28,994 bases of DNA from NCBI GenBank assembly GCA_010093815.1, contig ML996578.1. The stretch is one strand, 5' to 3'. A program made the position numbers and the translations under genes. Source of the DNA: Pseudovirgaria hyperparasitica (Eukaryota). The notes beneath the pieces were generated by a model that was not told where the DNA came from, made no database searches, and saw only the letters and a program-made list of their open reading frames with translations. Positions 1 to 10,716 of this stretch are shown one piece after another (position 1 is the stretch's first letter; the number at the start of each line of letters is the position of its first letter).

Positions 1-754
1 CGCGACTGGCGCGTGTTATGTCCATGGACTGTGTTCTGCTTGGTACCATCGTTTTGGGGCTGACGCTCACGGTCCTTTCCCGTTCTCTCTGTGTAGTATA
101 TTCTGACCCGTTCCTCTCCGCTTGCGGACTAATATTGTCGTACACGGCCGGCGATTCTGGTACTAGAACAGGTGGCCGCCCAGATACTGGGGTATTCGAC
201 TGAGTATTGTATGAGGTGCTAGATGGTGTTCGCTGTTGATTGTATGGGCTTGCAGGTTCTCTTGATATATAGCTTGAGCTCCGCGGTAGCGAGGGTGGCG
301 GACCGAGAGGTGTCGACGGGTGTGACTGCAGCGCGTGGTTGTATGGCGGTGGATGTGAGAATGACGACGCGGACAGAGGAGATTCTCTATGTGAGTGTGG
401 AGTATGTCCGCGCGCGGACGCCGATGAAGGCGACTGTGAGGGATGTCCTTGGGGCGCATTGTAGCTAACTCCAGCAGTTGTTATTGGATATGGTGAGGCT
501 GAAGGTCTATTGAAGGGCGCTGGAGGAACATGTCCCGTAGGTGTGGTCGCAGAGTATAGCTCTCTCTGGGGATATGAATGAGGATTTGGAGGGTACGGTC
601 CGTGATTGTAGGCTGTTGTAGGAGAAGCGAAGCTATGCGGTGGTGGACGAGGATTGTGAGGAGAACTGTGGATAGGAGAGTATCTGGGCGCAGAGGACTG
701 CGACTGTTTGGGTGTGGTATCCGTCTCTTGCGTGAGCATGGACTTGATATCCAT
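1..754 (-). CDS. CET1: 5' part of a host gene, probably mRNA-capping enzyme subunit beta (RNA 5'-triphosphatase, Cet1-like); runs off the left edge
   Basis: Stop-free minus-strand frame from ATG at 754 to the window edge (251 codons), absent from the ORF track because it has no stop. MDIKSMLTQETD... Pro/Ser/His-rich, with SHPSTPLGPPP and RERERTVSVSPKT motifs that I recall from the disordered N-terminus of filamentous-fungal Cet1. The catalytic domain is outside the window, so the CDS is well supported but the name less so. Confidence 0.65.
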   Translation of the reverse strand, partial: MDIKSMLTQETDTTPKQSQSSAPRYSPIHSSPHNPRPPPHSFASPTTAYNHGPYPPNPHSYPQRELYSATTPTGHVPPAPFNRPSASPYPITTAGVSYNAPQGHPSQSPSSASARGHTPHSHRESPLSASSFSHPPPYNHALQSHPSTPLGPPPSLPRSSSYISREPASPYNQQRTPSSTSYNTQSNTPVSGRPPVLVPESPAVYDNISPQAERNGSEYTTQRERERTVSVSPKTMVPSRTQSMDITRASR

Positions 755-1903
755 CCTGCAAAGGATATGTACTATCCAGACGGCAAACGTCGATGGGAAC
801 AAGGCATTCCGAAAGCTCGCGAGGCGCTCGAAGTTCTGTGCCAAAGTCGCGATGCAGATCGCTTAAGTTACTCAGTCGTAAGCTGTAAGATTCGTAGGCA
901 CGGTCACCATGCTCACTCGAAGGGAATAACTTATATCTGGGTCGCGGATTTCACAATTTGCGAGAATATGTCTAGATTCGTCAACAGGAAGGGAAACGAG
1001 CTTTCTCTATAAACTGCGAAGTCATTCGTGTTTGAAGCAGTGCAATTCTTTTGACTATCTGGCGTGCATATTACACTGGATTAGTGAGAGGCCCTATATT
1101 CCTAAATACCGCTAGCGAGCCTGTAATGTAACACACAGCTTACTGCTCTAGCCTCTTCTTAGGTAGGGGGTTCTCCTACAGAGATATTAGAGCATCCGAT
1201 CTTTTCCTTGGGCTATTAAAAATATCATTCCAATTAGGTAAATACATCTCCCATTATCGACATAATCATATAGAACCTAAACATCTTCATGAATGAAAGA
1301 AGCACTAAATATTCTATATGCTGTCTATCAAGCGTGGCGCTCTCCTCTATATGGGAGCCATCTCGTGGCCCCTTTCAGATCTAGACACCTTCATAATCGA
1401 CGGGCATTATCCGTGGACCGAAAGCAGGAAGAAACTACGGTGACACCTTTTCACTTACTTTTTTCTTAGAGTCGTTAAGCGAAAGTCACAAGGTGAAGCG
1501 CTCTGCGTCCAGGCTCTTTCGTAGCGAGACATATGTATGTGATAAGCAAGATATTGTTTTTGTGACTGGTCATAAAAGGTGTAGTATGCTATGGTAAATG
1601 GTCTAGATGTTTGACAGCGTGATGGGGGTGATATGCTCGTCCCCTTGGTAATACCAGAGTATTAAGCAAGATTAATGATTCGTCGTTTGCCTAGAACCTA
1701 ACTCTCTTAGCATTCGGATGTCGCGCTATATCTCCCCTACCTAAATTTATATAAGATAGATATATTCTAGTATTTTATTATATACTTGTCGCTAATATAT
1801 TACTATTACTAATTATATATATTTAGTAGATTATTAAGGCTATCTAGTAGTTAGTATATCTATTATATAATATATTTCTAGTATTTTTAACTTATAGTTA
1901 TAT

Positions 1904-2206
1904 ATAGTAGGCCTACCTAGTAAGGTATATAATATAAGTATCTATTACTAAATTAACTTTCTTCTTAAGTATAATATACCCTCTACTATTACTATAGAGA
2001 AGTCTTAAGTATCTATCTTAATAGTTAATCGTATAAGGTATAATCTTACTATATATAGCTAGCGAAATAAGTCTCTATCTATAAAGATATATAGTTATAA
2101 GACTATCCTTAGTAATTATATAATAGAATTACTATTTAAGTATCTACTCTAAGAGAGATAGCTATATCTTAATAAGATAGTAAAATAGATATATAAAGAG
2201 CTTAAG
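1904..2206 (+). pseudogene. Tc1/IS630-like (DD34E) transposase, fragment 1 (N-terminal HTH region)
   Basis: ATA (RIP'd ATG) at 1904 opens 101 codons; de-RIPed reads ..VSISTVNRIRHNL.MYG...EYLLQEGWLYLDEMAKWMYEEL. The frame resumes exactly at 10401 after removing the insert and one TTAAG. Confidence 0.8.
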
Positions 2207-2358
2207 TGTTAGGCACGTAAGGAGCACGTGGCCTGCTAGTTAATTATACATGTATGTAGTAGTCGTATATAAGTAGTGTGCTCCACCCTTGAAGTAGTAG
2301 CTTCAAGATTCGGTCCTTTTAGTATAGTTGGTTGGTACGTAGAGCCCGCCTCCTTATA
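2207..2358 (+). mobile_element. Solo LTR, family A, copy 1 (152 bp)
   Basis: TGTTAGG...CCTTA(C>T)A termini, internal TATATAAG; near-identical to 18087-18240. Confidence 0.85.
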
Positions 2359-2362
2359 TAAA

Positions 2363-2602
2363 TGTAAGGATTATAGACGTAGAATAGTAGTCTAATAGAT
2401 TATAGGAGGATTCGGGAATATATTTAAAAGGGTAGTCTACTCTCCTAATAAGGTTAATTTCTAAAGAGTAGGAATCAAGTATATGCGGCCTACTTATATA
2501 GTAGTCTCGCTTATTCTAGCTAACTTACCCTAGGTCCACCTATTACGGACCGTACTAGACCATAGTATTCTAGTTAAGTCTATCCTAGTATTAGCCCTAA
2601 TA
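2363..2602 (-). repeat. B1 3' LTR
   Basis: 240-bp repeat (also at 10156, 19515, 27120); plus strand TGTAAGG...CCCTAATA; adjacent to the polypurine tract AAAAAGAAGAAGGATA on the element strand. Confidence 0.95.
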
Positions 2603-2765
2603 ATATCCTTCTTCTTTTTATACTTCGCCCCGAAGTACTTAGCTATATATAAATCCGTAATTCTATAAGCGTTATATTTATATACGTATCTAATTAAATC
2701 TATATAACATTATTAATAGTCTTTATATTAGTAAACTTAAGCTCTAGTTTACTTTTATTTATATA

Positions 2766-2890
2766 NNNNNNNNNNNNNNNNNNNNNNNNNNNNNNNNNNN
2801 NNNNNNNNNNNNNNNNNNNNNNNNNNNNNNNNNNNNNNNNNNNNNNNNNNNNNNNNNNNNNNNNNNNNNNNNNNNNNNNNNNNNNNNNNN
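2766..2890. other. Assembly gap (others at 19932-19941 and 21507-21671)
   Basis: Runs of N; the first two lie at the homologous position of B1 and B2. Confidence 0.99.
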
Positions 2891-3112
2891 TTTTCTTCTC
2901 TAGTATATCTACCTTACTCTTAAGGTAAGTCATTAATTTATATACTATCTTCTTTAGTTTAGATCCGTTCGGGTCTAGAGTAGTCCATTTTTATTAGAAC
3001 TAGTCCTATATAATCTATTCGCGTTATTACGGTCACTAATTTAGCTTCTTTAATCGCCTTAAGGCTAAACGAGTATTCTACTCTTAGATCTCTAGCTAAT
3101 ATATATATATAG

Positions 3113-4416
3113 ATATCTAATACTAGTTCTATTCCTAAGCCTACCTCCTCCTCTCGTAAGACTCGCTCTAAAGGGATTACCTCTACCCTAGCTATACCGG
3201 CTAAGAAATCTACTTATTATAGTAGTATAAAGGCGCGCTCTAAGTTAGAGAAGAAGGTAGCTAAGGCTACTACTACTATTACTACTAACGTGGCCACTAG
3301 TCGCTCTAATCTAGGTAATTCTAGTACTAGTATTACGGAAGAGGTAGCTATAAAGTCTATCTATATCTACTCGCGCTATCTATCTACTCTACCTTCTTTA
3401 GAGGATAAAGAAGATCTTATTATAGATAATAATCGAGAGTTCACGCCTTCGCCGCCTCGCTCTAAACGCCGTTCCTCTTTTCGGTCTAATATAGACTAGC
3501 TTAGTTACTCTAGGTCCTTTTAGGACCTTAATATTTACTCTAAACCTAGCCCTAGTAATAATAAGGCCTAGGTTACTAAAGATACTAAACGTGGTCGCGG
3601 TTTACGCTATAGGAAAACGGTGAACTATAGTTTAATATACTTTAAGTATATTAAGGCTCACGCTACCGGCTATAAATATCTCTTCCGCTCTAACTCTAGT
3701 ATTAGCTACTACTCTACTAACCGTGATAGGCCTATACGCCTAATCTTTAAGCTTCCTACCCGCTACCACCGCTATACCATAACTAGTAAGACTTATCTAT
3801 AGGTAAGTATAATAGGCTATCTTAATCTAGTATAATCTAAAGTAGTCCGCGCTAATATATTCTTAGGTTCCTATATATATATAAGATATATATAACGATC
3901 TTCGCGTCCGTGAGACCCTCGGGGGTCCTTATAGCCGCCTACCTACTATATAGAGGGAGTTTAGAGAGCGCTATAAGCTCTTCCTAGAGATTATTAAAGT
4001 ATAAGTTACGAGCACGTTAATTATTTTTAACACCTATTGATTTTTCTAGCCGCCGCGAGATCCCTAGCGCCTAGGCTACCTATTCTAGGGAGTCTATTCT
4101 AGCTATAGAGGCCGTAGAGAGAATTCACTCTATCCCCCCCCGTCTATCTCGCGCTACTAATAGATCTTATAAGAGGTCTACTATTTCTCCCTCTAAGTCG
4201 CCTCGTAAGAGGGTATATATTCTATTCTAGATTATTCTAGACCGCGTTAGCTAACTTTAGGTCTAGTCGCTCCGCTCTAGCGCTTAGTTATTATCTTACT
4301 AGGCTCTAACCGAGCGCGTGGTTACTCTAGAGGATAAGGTCTCTAACCTCCATCACTCTATTACTTAGTTAGTTTATTCGCTACGCTCTAAGAGTAATAA
4401 TAAGATAGAGGAGTAG
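3113..4416 (+). pseudogene. Antisense intron-containing accessory gene inside B1 (exons 3113-3802, 3867-4000, 4050-4416; ~396 aa, function unknown)
   Basis: One frame interrupted only by RIP-type TAG/TAA codons; it includes track ORFs 3290-3499 and 3620-3802. Intron 3803-3866 reads GTAAGT..GCTAAT..TAG; intron 4001-4049 reads (G>A)TAAGT..CTAG. Splicing restores the frame, and B2 has the same structure. Confidence 0.72.
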
Positions 4417-4733
4417 CTCTATAGCTCTGTTTACTAGGGTTTCTATATAGTGTATGTTAGCTCTATCTACCTGGTTTCTATCCGTTTTAGTCCTTTTTAG
4501 ACCGTTTAGATACCTATCTACTAGTTTTCTAGTAATTTAATTCTTAACTTAATAATATTATGTACGTTCTTATTTATTCTATAACTATTAAATTTTAGAT
4601 TCTAATTTCCTTTAAGTTACTTAAGTATAGGCATCGTATATAAATTAGTTTATCTCTCTAAATTATATTAGAGCACCCGAACTAGTAGCCTAGTAGTTAT
4701 CGGTTCGGGTACTCTAACCTTTTATATTATATA

Positions 4734-7700
4734 TCACGAGTTTAATTCCGTAGTAGGGTACCTTTTTAGTTTCTTAGTCCCATGTTCTTCTCGTGTACAA
4801 TAGTCCATGTTAGTCTATTCTAGACTTCTCTATATTATTCTATTATAATATGTCGCGTCGCGTGCCTATAACGGTTATTTACGTTTTCTTCGCGTTTAGT
4901 AACCGTGTATCGCTTGAATTATAGGGCTGCCTTATAGAGTTTTCCTAGTGTGCGTTTAGGATTCGTAATTTAACACTTCGTTCTCTACGGTATCCTTCTT
5001 CTTTTTACGACGACCGCGACGTTACTATACTTATATTAATAATACGCTATTCTATATCTTTTACTTATACGCAGCCATTATAGAACTTAAGATATATACC
5101 GCTAGTTCCTAGGTGTCCTTGTCCTTAGTATAGTCCTTCTAACGGATTCTATATTTCTAAATACCGTCTTTATCGATCCTATGTTTAATAATATAGTCCA
5201 CTTCGAACACGCCTAGTCTATCTTAGGGTATAATAGAGTATAACTATACGTTCGTGCGGCTATACACGTTAGGTCGAAATCTTTCGAGTAGTAAGACGTG
5301 GAATACGTTATAGATTCTTATATCGCTTCCTAAGTCGAGCTCGTAGGCTCTTATACCGATGCGACGTTTAATTTAGAAAGGACTAGCTATTTTATAATCG
5401 AGCTTCTTATTTACTCGCGACGTTTATATATTATAGATATTAAGAAGGACCTCGTCGCCCTCCTTATACGTCTAATCCTTAGCTAACCTATTATAGTACT
5501 TCGTATACGAGTCGTTTACTTATTAGATTATAGCGCGATAGTTACGTGCGGTTTCGAAGATTTTAATCGCTAATTCCTAAGCGTAGACGTTCACGTCTAT
5601 TATTCGATTAAATTAGACCGTCTAAGGCTTAAAACCTATCCTTAGACTATGTCCGAGGTTCGCCTAGAAAGGTATAATACCTATTATACTATAATGACTA
5701 TTATTATATACGAACTCTACTATACTTAGTAGGGAGGCCTAGTCGTCCTACTTAAAATTATAGAATACACGTAGGTAGGCCTCGAGCGTCTGGTTCTATC
5801 GCTCTATCTAGCTATCCGTCTAAGGATAAAATACTATAGACATGTTTCTATTTATACTTACCATTTCGTAGAATAACGTCTAGAATTTAGACATGAAGGT
5901 ACTTCCTCGGTCCGTAACGATCCTTTTTAGTATACTATAGACCTTAATAATCTTATTCTAGAACACCTATGCTAGTTCTTTAGATATAATCGTCTTCTAT
6001 ACCGGGATATACCTAGATATCTTTATAAGTCTATCCACGATAATAAGAATAGAATTATAACTTATCCTAAGCATCTCGCTTAGAGGTAAGTTAACTATAA
6101 AATCTATAGTAACGTCTTCCTATATAAAGAGGGGGGCTAAAAGAGGCTGTAAATTCCTATATAGCTTATATCTAGGGGCCTTCGTTCTTTAATAAATCGG
6201 ATAAGTAGCTATCTATTCTTTAATGTACTTAGGTATATCTTCCTAAAAATAGTACTAACGAATTAAGCTTAGGGTACGTATATATCTAAAGTATCCTACT
6301 AGGTTAGCGTTATAGTATCGGCTAACTACGTTAAATCGCGCGTTACCCGTCGGTATATAGTACTTTCTATTATAGTAAAGTAAGCCGTCTATAAAGGTCT
6401 ACTTATAGTCTACTTTAGTCCGTAATAACCTATCTTACTATATTTTATGTAACTTTAAAACTATTAGGTCTATCTTCTATAGATCTATAATTAACTAGGC
6501 GAGGTTAATTAGATATTCACGCTAGGCATTATCGCCCTTCCTAATAGCGCTAATAAACGGCCTACTAGGGACTTCGGTACCGCGTCTTTAGTTACCGGCT
6601 TTAGTCTTAGAGATTCGATTACTAGTATCGATGTTAGTATCTCGCTAATCGCCTAATAACTTAAAATCCAACCTCGTCCTTAAGAGTTAGGCCTATAGCT
6701 ACTCTAGGACCCTATGGCTACTATAATCCTAGGCGCCTTCTTTATAGTTAGGTCTTCTTAACATTCTATTAGCTAGGTTTATACTTCTAGGTTAATAGTA
6801 GATTATAAAGTAAAAGTTCGTAAGCTACTTAGCCTATTAGATCTATTAACGGTTTAAAACCGTTATGCTTATAAACCCCTTTAAGTTATAGTAATTAGTT
6901 AGTAACTTAACGTTATATATAGTACCTTTAAGATAATATCGCTACTACTTAAACGACTCTACTATTACTAGTAGCTCTTAGTTATAAATAGTATATCTAG
7001 TCTTAATATCGGCTATCTTACGCGAGAAGAACGTAACTAGATACCATTAGACCTTTTTAGACTCTATTAGTCTAGGCTAGGAGAGTATACCTAAGATTAT
7101 AAATCCTAATATATTAGTCTTAACGTAAATAGATTTGATTAGGTCGAAGTACACTAGGAATAGGGCGGTTATAAATGCTTCTTTAATCTTCTCGAAGGAT
7201 ATTCTTTCGACCTTAGTTAATTTAATAGATTATAATTTAATATTACGCTATTTCTATCTACCACGGACCATAATAGACGAGTCGGTAGTAGTAGTACGCG
7301 TATTAAGTAGTGCGGCTAAACGGGAGAAGTGCTTAACGAATTTTCGGTAGTAATTGGCGAATCTAATAAAGACACGTATATCTTAAACCGATTTTAGTTT
7401 AGGCTAGTCTATAATAGTAGCGACCCTATCTCTTTCTATGGTTATATCTTAATTAGTAATAACGAAGCTAAGGAAGTTAATATAGTCCTAGTAGAACTCG
7501 CATTTAGATAGCTTAATATATAGCTTATATTTTTCTAGCCTATCTAGGACTACGCGTACGTACTAGATGTATTCTTCTTCGTTATTAGAGAAGATAAGAA
7601 TATTATTAAGGTATATAATGCACGTTATGTCGAGTAGACCTACTAGCGCGTTATTAATATACGCTTAGAAGGTTCCTAGCGCGTTAGTTAGTCTAAAAGG

Positions 7701-8735
7701 GACTACTATGTACTCGAAGTATCTATAACGGGTCCTAAACGCCGTTTTCCACTTATCGCCCTTCTTAATACGTAGGCGGTAGTAGGCGTTACGTAGATTA
7801 AGCTTAGTAAAGATCTTCGCGCGCCCTAGTCTATTAATAGACTTAGAGATAAGAGGTAGTAGATAACGATTCTTTCGTATAATGTTATTTAGGCCACGGT
7901 AGTCGATATATAGATAGAGACTCCTATCCTTCTTCTTTATAAAGAGGATTAGAGCTCCGGCTAGGGATATACTAGGTCTAATCTATCCTCGCGTAAGGTT
8001 CTTTTCGATATATTCTTAGAGGACCTATAGCTCGGGTTCTAATAGAGGGTAGATGGGTCCGTGTAGGGGTTATTAACCGTTTTCGAGGTTAATAGTAAGG
8101 TCGGTAGGTTGGTATTAAGGTAATTCGGACGAGTCGATCGCTAACGCGATATATTAGTATATTTTATACTAATGTAGTAGGTTTTCGTCTACTTTAATAC
8201 TAAGCTCTCTATTTTAAGTAAGTAAAAGGACGTAGATAGCGGAGATTACCTTTTCGTAGTCCTTCTAGAATTATTCGTCGTCGACTAGCTATACTAGGTT
8301 CTATTATAGTAGGTATATACGCTAGCCAGCTATTTTCTAGATGAAGTCTAGTTTCGGGTTATGTTTTTTAAGCTATGGTATACCGAGGATTATATCGAAG
8401 GGACTATCTACCACGATAAAGGTTAAGTAGCAGGGTTTCTACTTCCCCCTACTATCCTAGATAGGGTATTTAATAGTATAGGTACCCTACGATTTAATAG
8501 AACCATCGATACTATGGAAGGTAGCACCTATTAGTACTTAAATATCGACGTTAAGTTCTCGTGCTCGTTAAGTTAATATAACGTTAGTAGCTAAACCGCT
8601 ATTAAGTATTACGGTCTAATGTTATCCACGAGGGACCTTAATAGGTCTAGTCTATAGTTTAATATACTATTTAGTAGATTACCCCTCTATTATAGTCGCG
8701 TCTATAAGTCGCGAGGGTTTCTCGTAGACTATTAG
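4734..8735 (-). pseudogene. pol: B1 pol (protease, RT, RNase H, integrase, chromodomain, basic tail)
   Basis: IL(D>N)SG at ~8596-8610; [20 protein letters not shown](DD>NN) at 7602-7613; integrase core ~5550-6330; chromodomain FEVD.IIKHR..KYRIRWK.Y..DTWE at ~5100-5210; RRGRRKKKKD tail. The 3' end (TGA at 4734-4736) is approximate. Confidence 0.92.
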
Positions 8736-8741
8736 TTTTTT
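8677..8741 (-). promoter_or_regulatory. -1 ribosomal frameshift signal at the B1 gag/pol junction (B2 heptamer at 25699-25705)
   Basis: Slippery heptamer AAAAAAC (8735-8741) directly before the gag stop, then a 5-nt spacer and a possible pseudoknot. Confidence 0.8.
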
Positions 8742-10114
8742 ATATTCTATGCTAGATAGTTAGGCGCGATATATCCTAGCTACTAGCACTTATAGTATAT
8801 AACTAGTTAGTTAGTTATATTAGCACTTAGTAGCTTCCCTAAACGGTACTTAGGTACTATATAGTCTATTCTACTATAGGTATAGTAAGTAACTTTAGGT
8901 TATTTATACGAGTTAGTCCTCGTATCTCGATATATTAATTGGTAGGGAGATCTACGATACGATCCGCGTGGTTTTAAATTCGAGGCGTGGTAGTAGCCTT
9001 ATAACGTCCCGCGAGATCTATTACTAAATCGGTTTTAGTTAGATAATTTTACGTTAGATTAGATCGTTAGGGATAGTCGTATACTAGCACGGCGTTAATT
9101 ATTTATTATACGCTAGTATCGCTCCGCGAGGTTTATAAGAGCTTAGAGATCTATAGGGATTATCGTTATAAGGTCGAGACGGTTCTTTATATTTAGGGCG
9201 AGGGACCGTTTAAAGTTATCGTACTATTAAATTATACGATCTTCTTCGGCTTCTCTCTAGAGGGGCTGAAGGTATTTAAGGAGTTATAACGGTAACTAAT
9301 TATCTCGTTATCGAGTCTTAAAGATATAGCCCTAGGCCTAGTCGTGTTATTTAGCCCTATTACTAAAACATTAGAGGAGAAATTCGGTGAACGTGTCCTA
9401 GTTATAGGTATCCTTAGGATATTCGATTTAGTATACTATCTAACGTTCTAAAGGCGTCGGGTCGAGATAGTTCTAGGCGAATCTAATTTTATCGCTATCG
9501 TTCGTAAATAGATAGAAGAATTAGCTATATTAGTAAGCCTATATATGGAAACTCTTTCTACTTTTACCATCGAAGTAAGGTAGTTTCTTAGGTCGGGGTA
9601 ATTAGGATAGTAGTAGACTAGAATAGATCGTTTCAGTTAGTATAGATCCATATAAATATAGATTAGTCGTTACTAGAACTAAAGCGCGTAATATAGCTTT
9701 AAGTCTCGTAGTACGTTCTCGAGCTTCGTCGAGTTTGCGTAGTTATTACTTAAGTTAAACCTATCGTTACCTCTCTTTATATAGTCTAGTATACACGTCG
9801 TTATAAGGTATAGTTAACGTTAGGCGATTCTAACGGATTAACTCGTTAACGTTAATAAGGTCTAGCCTTATATTAAGGTTAGGTCTAGTATAGTTCGAAC
9901 TAGACTAAGATAGAGTATAATAGACTCTATCCTCGTATTCTATAATATCTTCTATAGTTATACGGAATATCGTGCGAGTTATTAGTGCGATAGCCTATAA
10001 GGTATAGTTATTAGTAGGGGTAGTTATAGGTAGACTATTCTCCTCGTTTAGGTTAGGAGAAGGTCTACCATAAGAGGCGGTGCCACGAGTGTTATGACGA
10101 GTAGTTAGAGCCAT
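8732..10114 (-). pseudogene. gag: B1 gag
   Basis: ATG at 10114; C-terminal zinc knuckle de-RIPed CYKCQQPGHIAPNC (~8755-8800); ends A AAA AAC TAA. Confidence 0.85.
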
Positions 10115-10155
10115 TTCTATAAACTACCGTCGTGCTATATAAAGAGGAATTAAAA

Positions 10156-10395
10156 TATAAGGATTATAGACGTAGAATAGTAGTCTAATAGGTCATAGGA
10201 GGATTCGGGAATATATTTAAAAGGGTAGTCTACTCTCCTAACGAGGTTAATTCCTAAAGAGTAGGAATTAAGTATATACGGCCTACTTATATAGTAGTCT
10301 CGCTTATTCTAGCTAACTTACCCTAGGTCTACCTATCACGGACCGTACTAGACCATAGTATTCTAGTTGAGTCCATCCTAGTGTTAGCCCTAACA
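10156..10395 (-). repeat. B1 5' LTR (TATA box at 10286-10293)
   Basis: Element strand TGTTAGGG...CCTTATA; followed by TT, the PBS and the gag ATG at 10114. Confidence 0.95.
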
Positions 10396-10400
10396 TTAAG

Positions 10401-10716
10401 ATAGTAACCTTACTATCTACTATCTTAAAGTAGCTAAAGAAGAGAGAGTAGACTAGAAGTCTACTATAGCGTATTTATTTCTAATACTCTAAGGTTATAT
10501 ATTATTCCTATTATAAGAATATTACTTAGCTATCTACTAATTACCTTATATTTATTAATAAGATTATCTTTAATAAGAAAATAGAATAGAGAAGATAAGG
10601 TAGAGCTTCTTATAGAGAGACTCCTAGGTAATTTATAAGGATTAATTAAGGCCCTATATATAGTATATATAGTACTATCTCTATTAATAGCTTTATTATC
10701 TATAGTATTAAGAAAG
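10401..10716 (+). pseudogene. Tc1-like transposase, fragment 2 (first catalytic Asp)
   Basis: De-RIPed ..STISKQLKKRGW..LMFIDE..FNEKTGWRRQGRAP.G..YSI..AISIDGF..IKKG. First D at 10557-10559 (now AAT). Joins in frame to 16024 across the LINE TSD. Confidence 0.85.

Larger units (their letters stand above)
2363..10395 (-). mobile_element. Full-length Ty3/Gypsy chromovirus LTR retrotransposon, family B, copy 1 (RIP-inactivated)
   Basis: 240-bp LTRs at 2363-2602 and 10156-10395; PPT at 2604-2619; PBS at 10145-10153; gag and pol (PR-RT-RH-IN-chromodomain) on the minus strand. Confidence 0.95.

Noticed and set aside
18..468. Track ORFs 18-203 (+), 223-468 (+), 163-459 (-)
   Set aside because: Shadows or an alternative frame of the longer minus-strand CDS starting at 754.
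578..1012. 144-aa plus-strand ORF
   Set aside because: Overlaps the host CDS start antisense and its upstream region; no recognisable motif.
1719..1900. TGTCGCG at the RIP boundary as an LTR start
   Set aside because: No partner LTR, and the downstream sequence is a DDE transposase.
2700..2933. 77-aa ORF
   Set aside because: Artefact of translating through an N gap.
7135..7350. Short ORFs 7135-7350, 11519-11797, 23302-23508
   Set aside because: Antisense to B pol or LINE ORF1; chance stop-free stretches.
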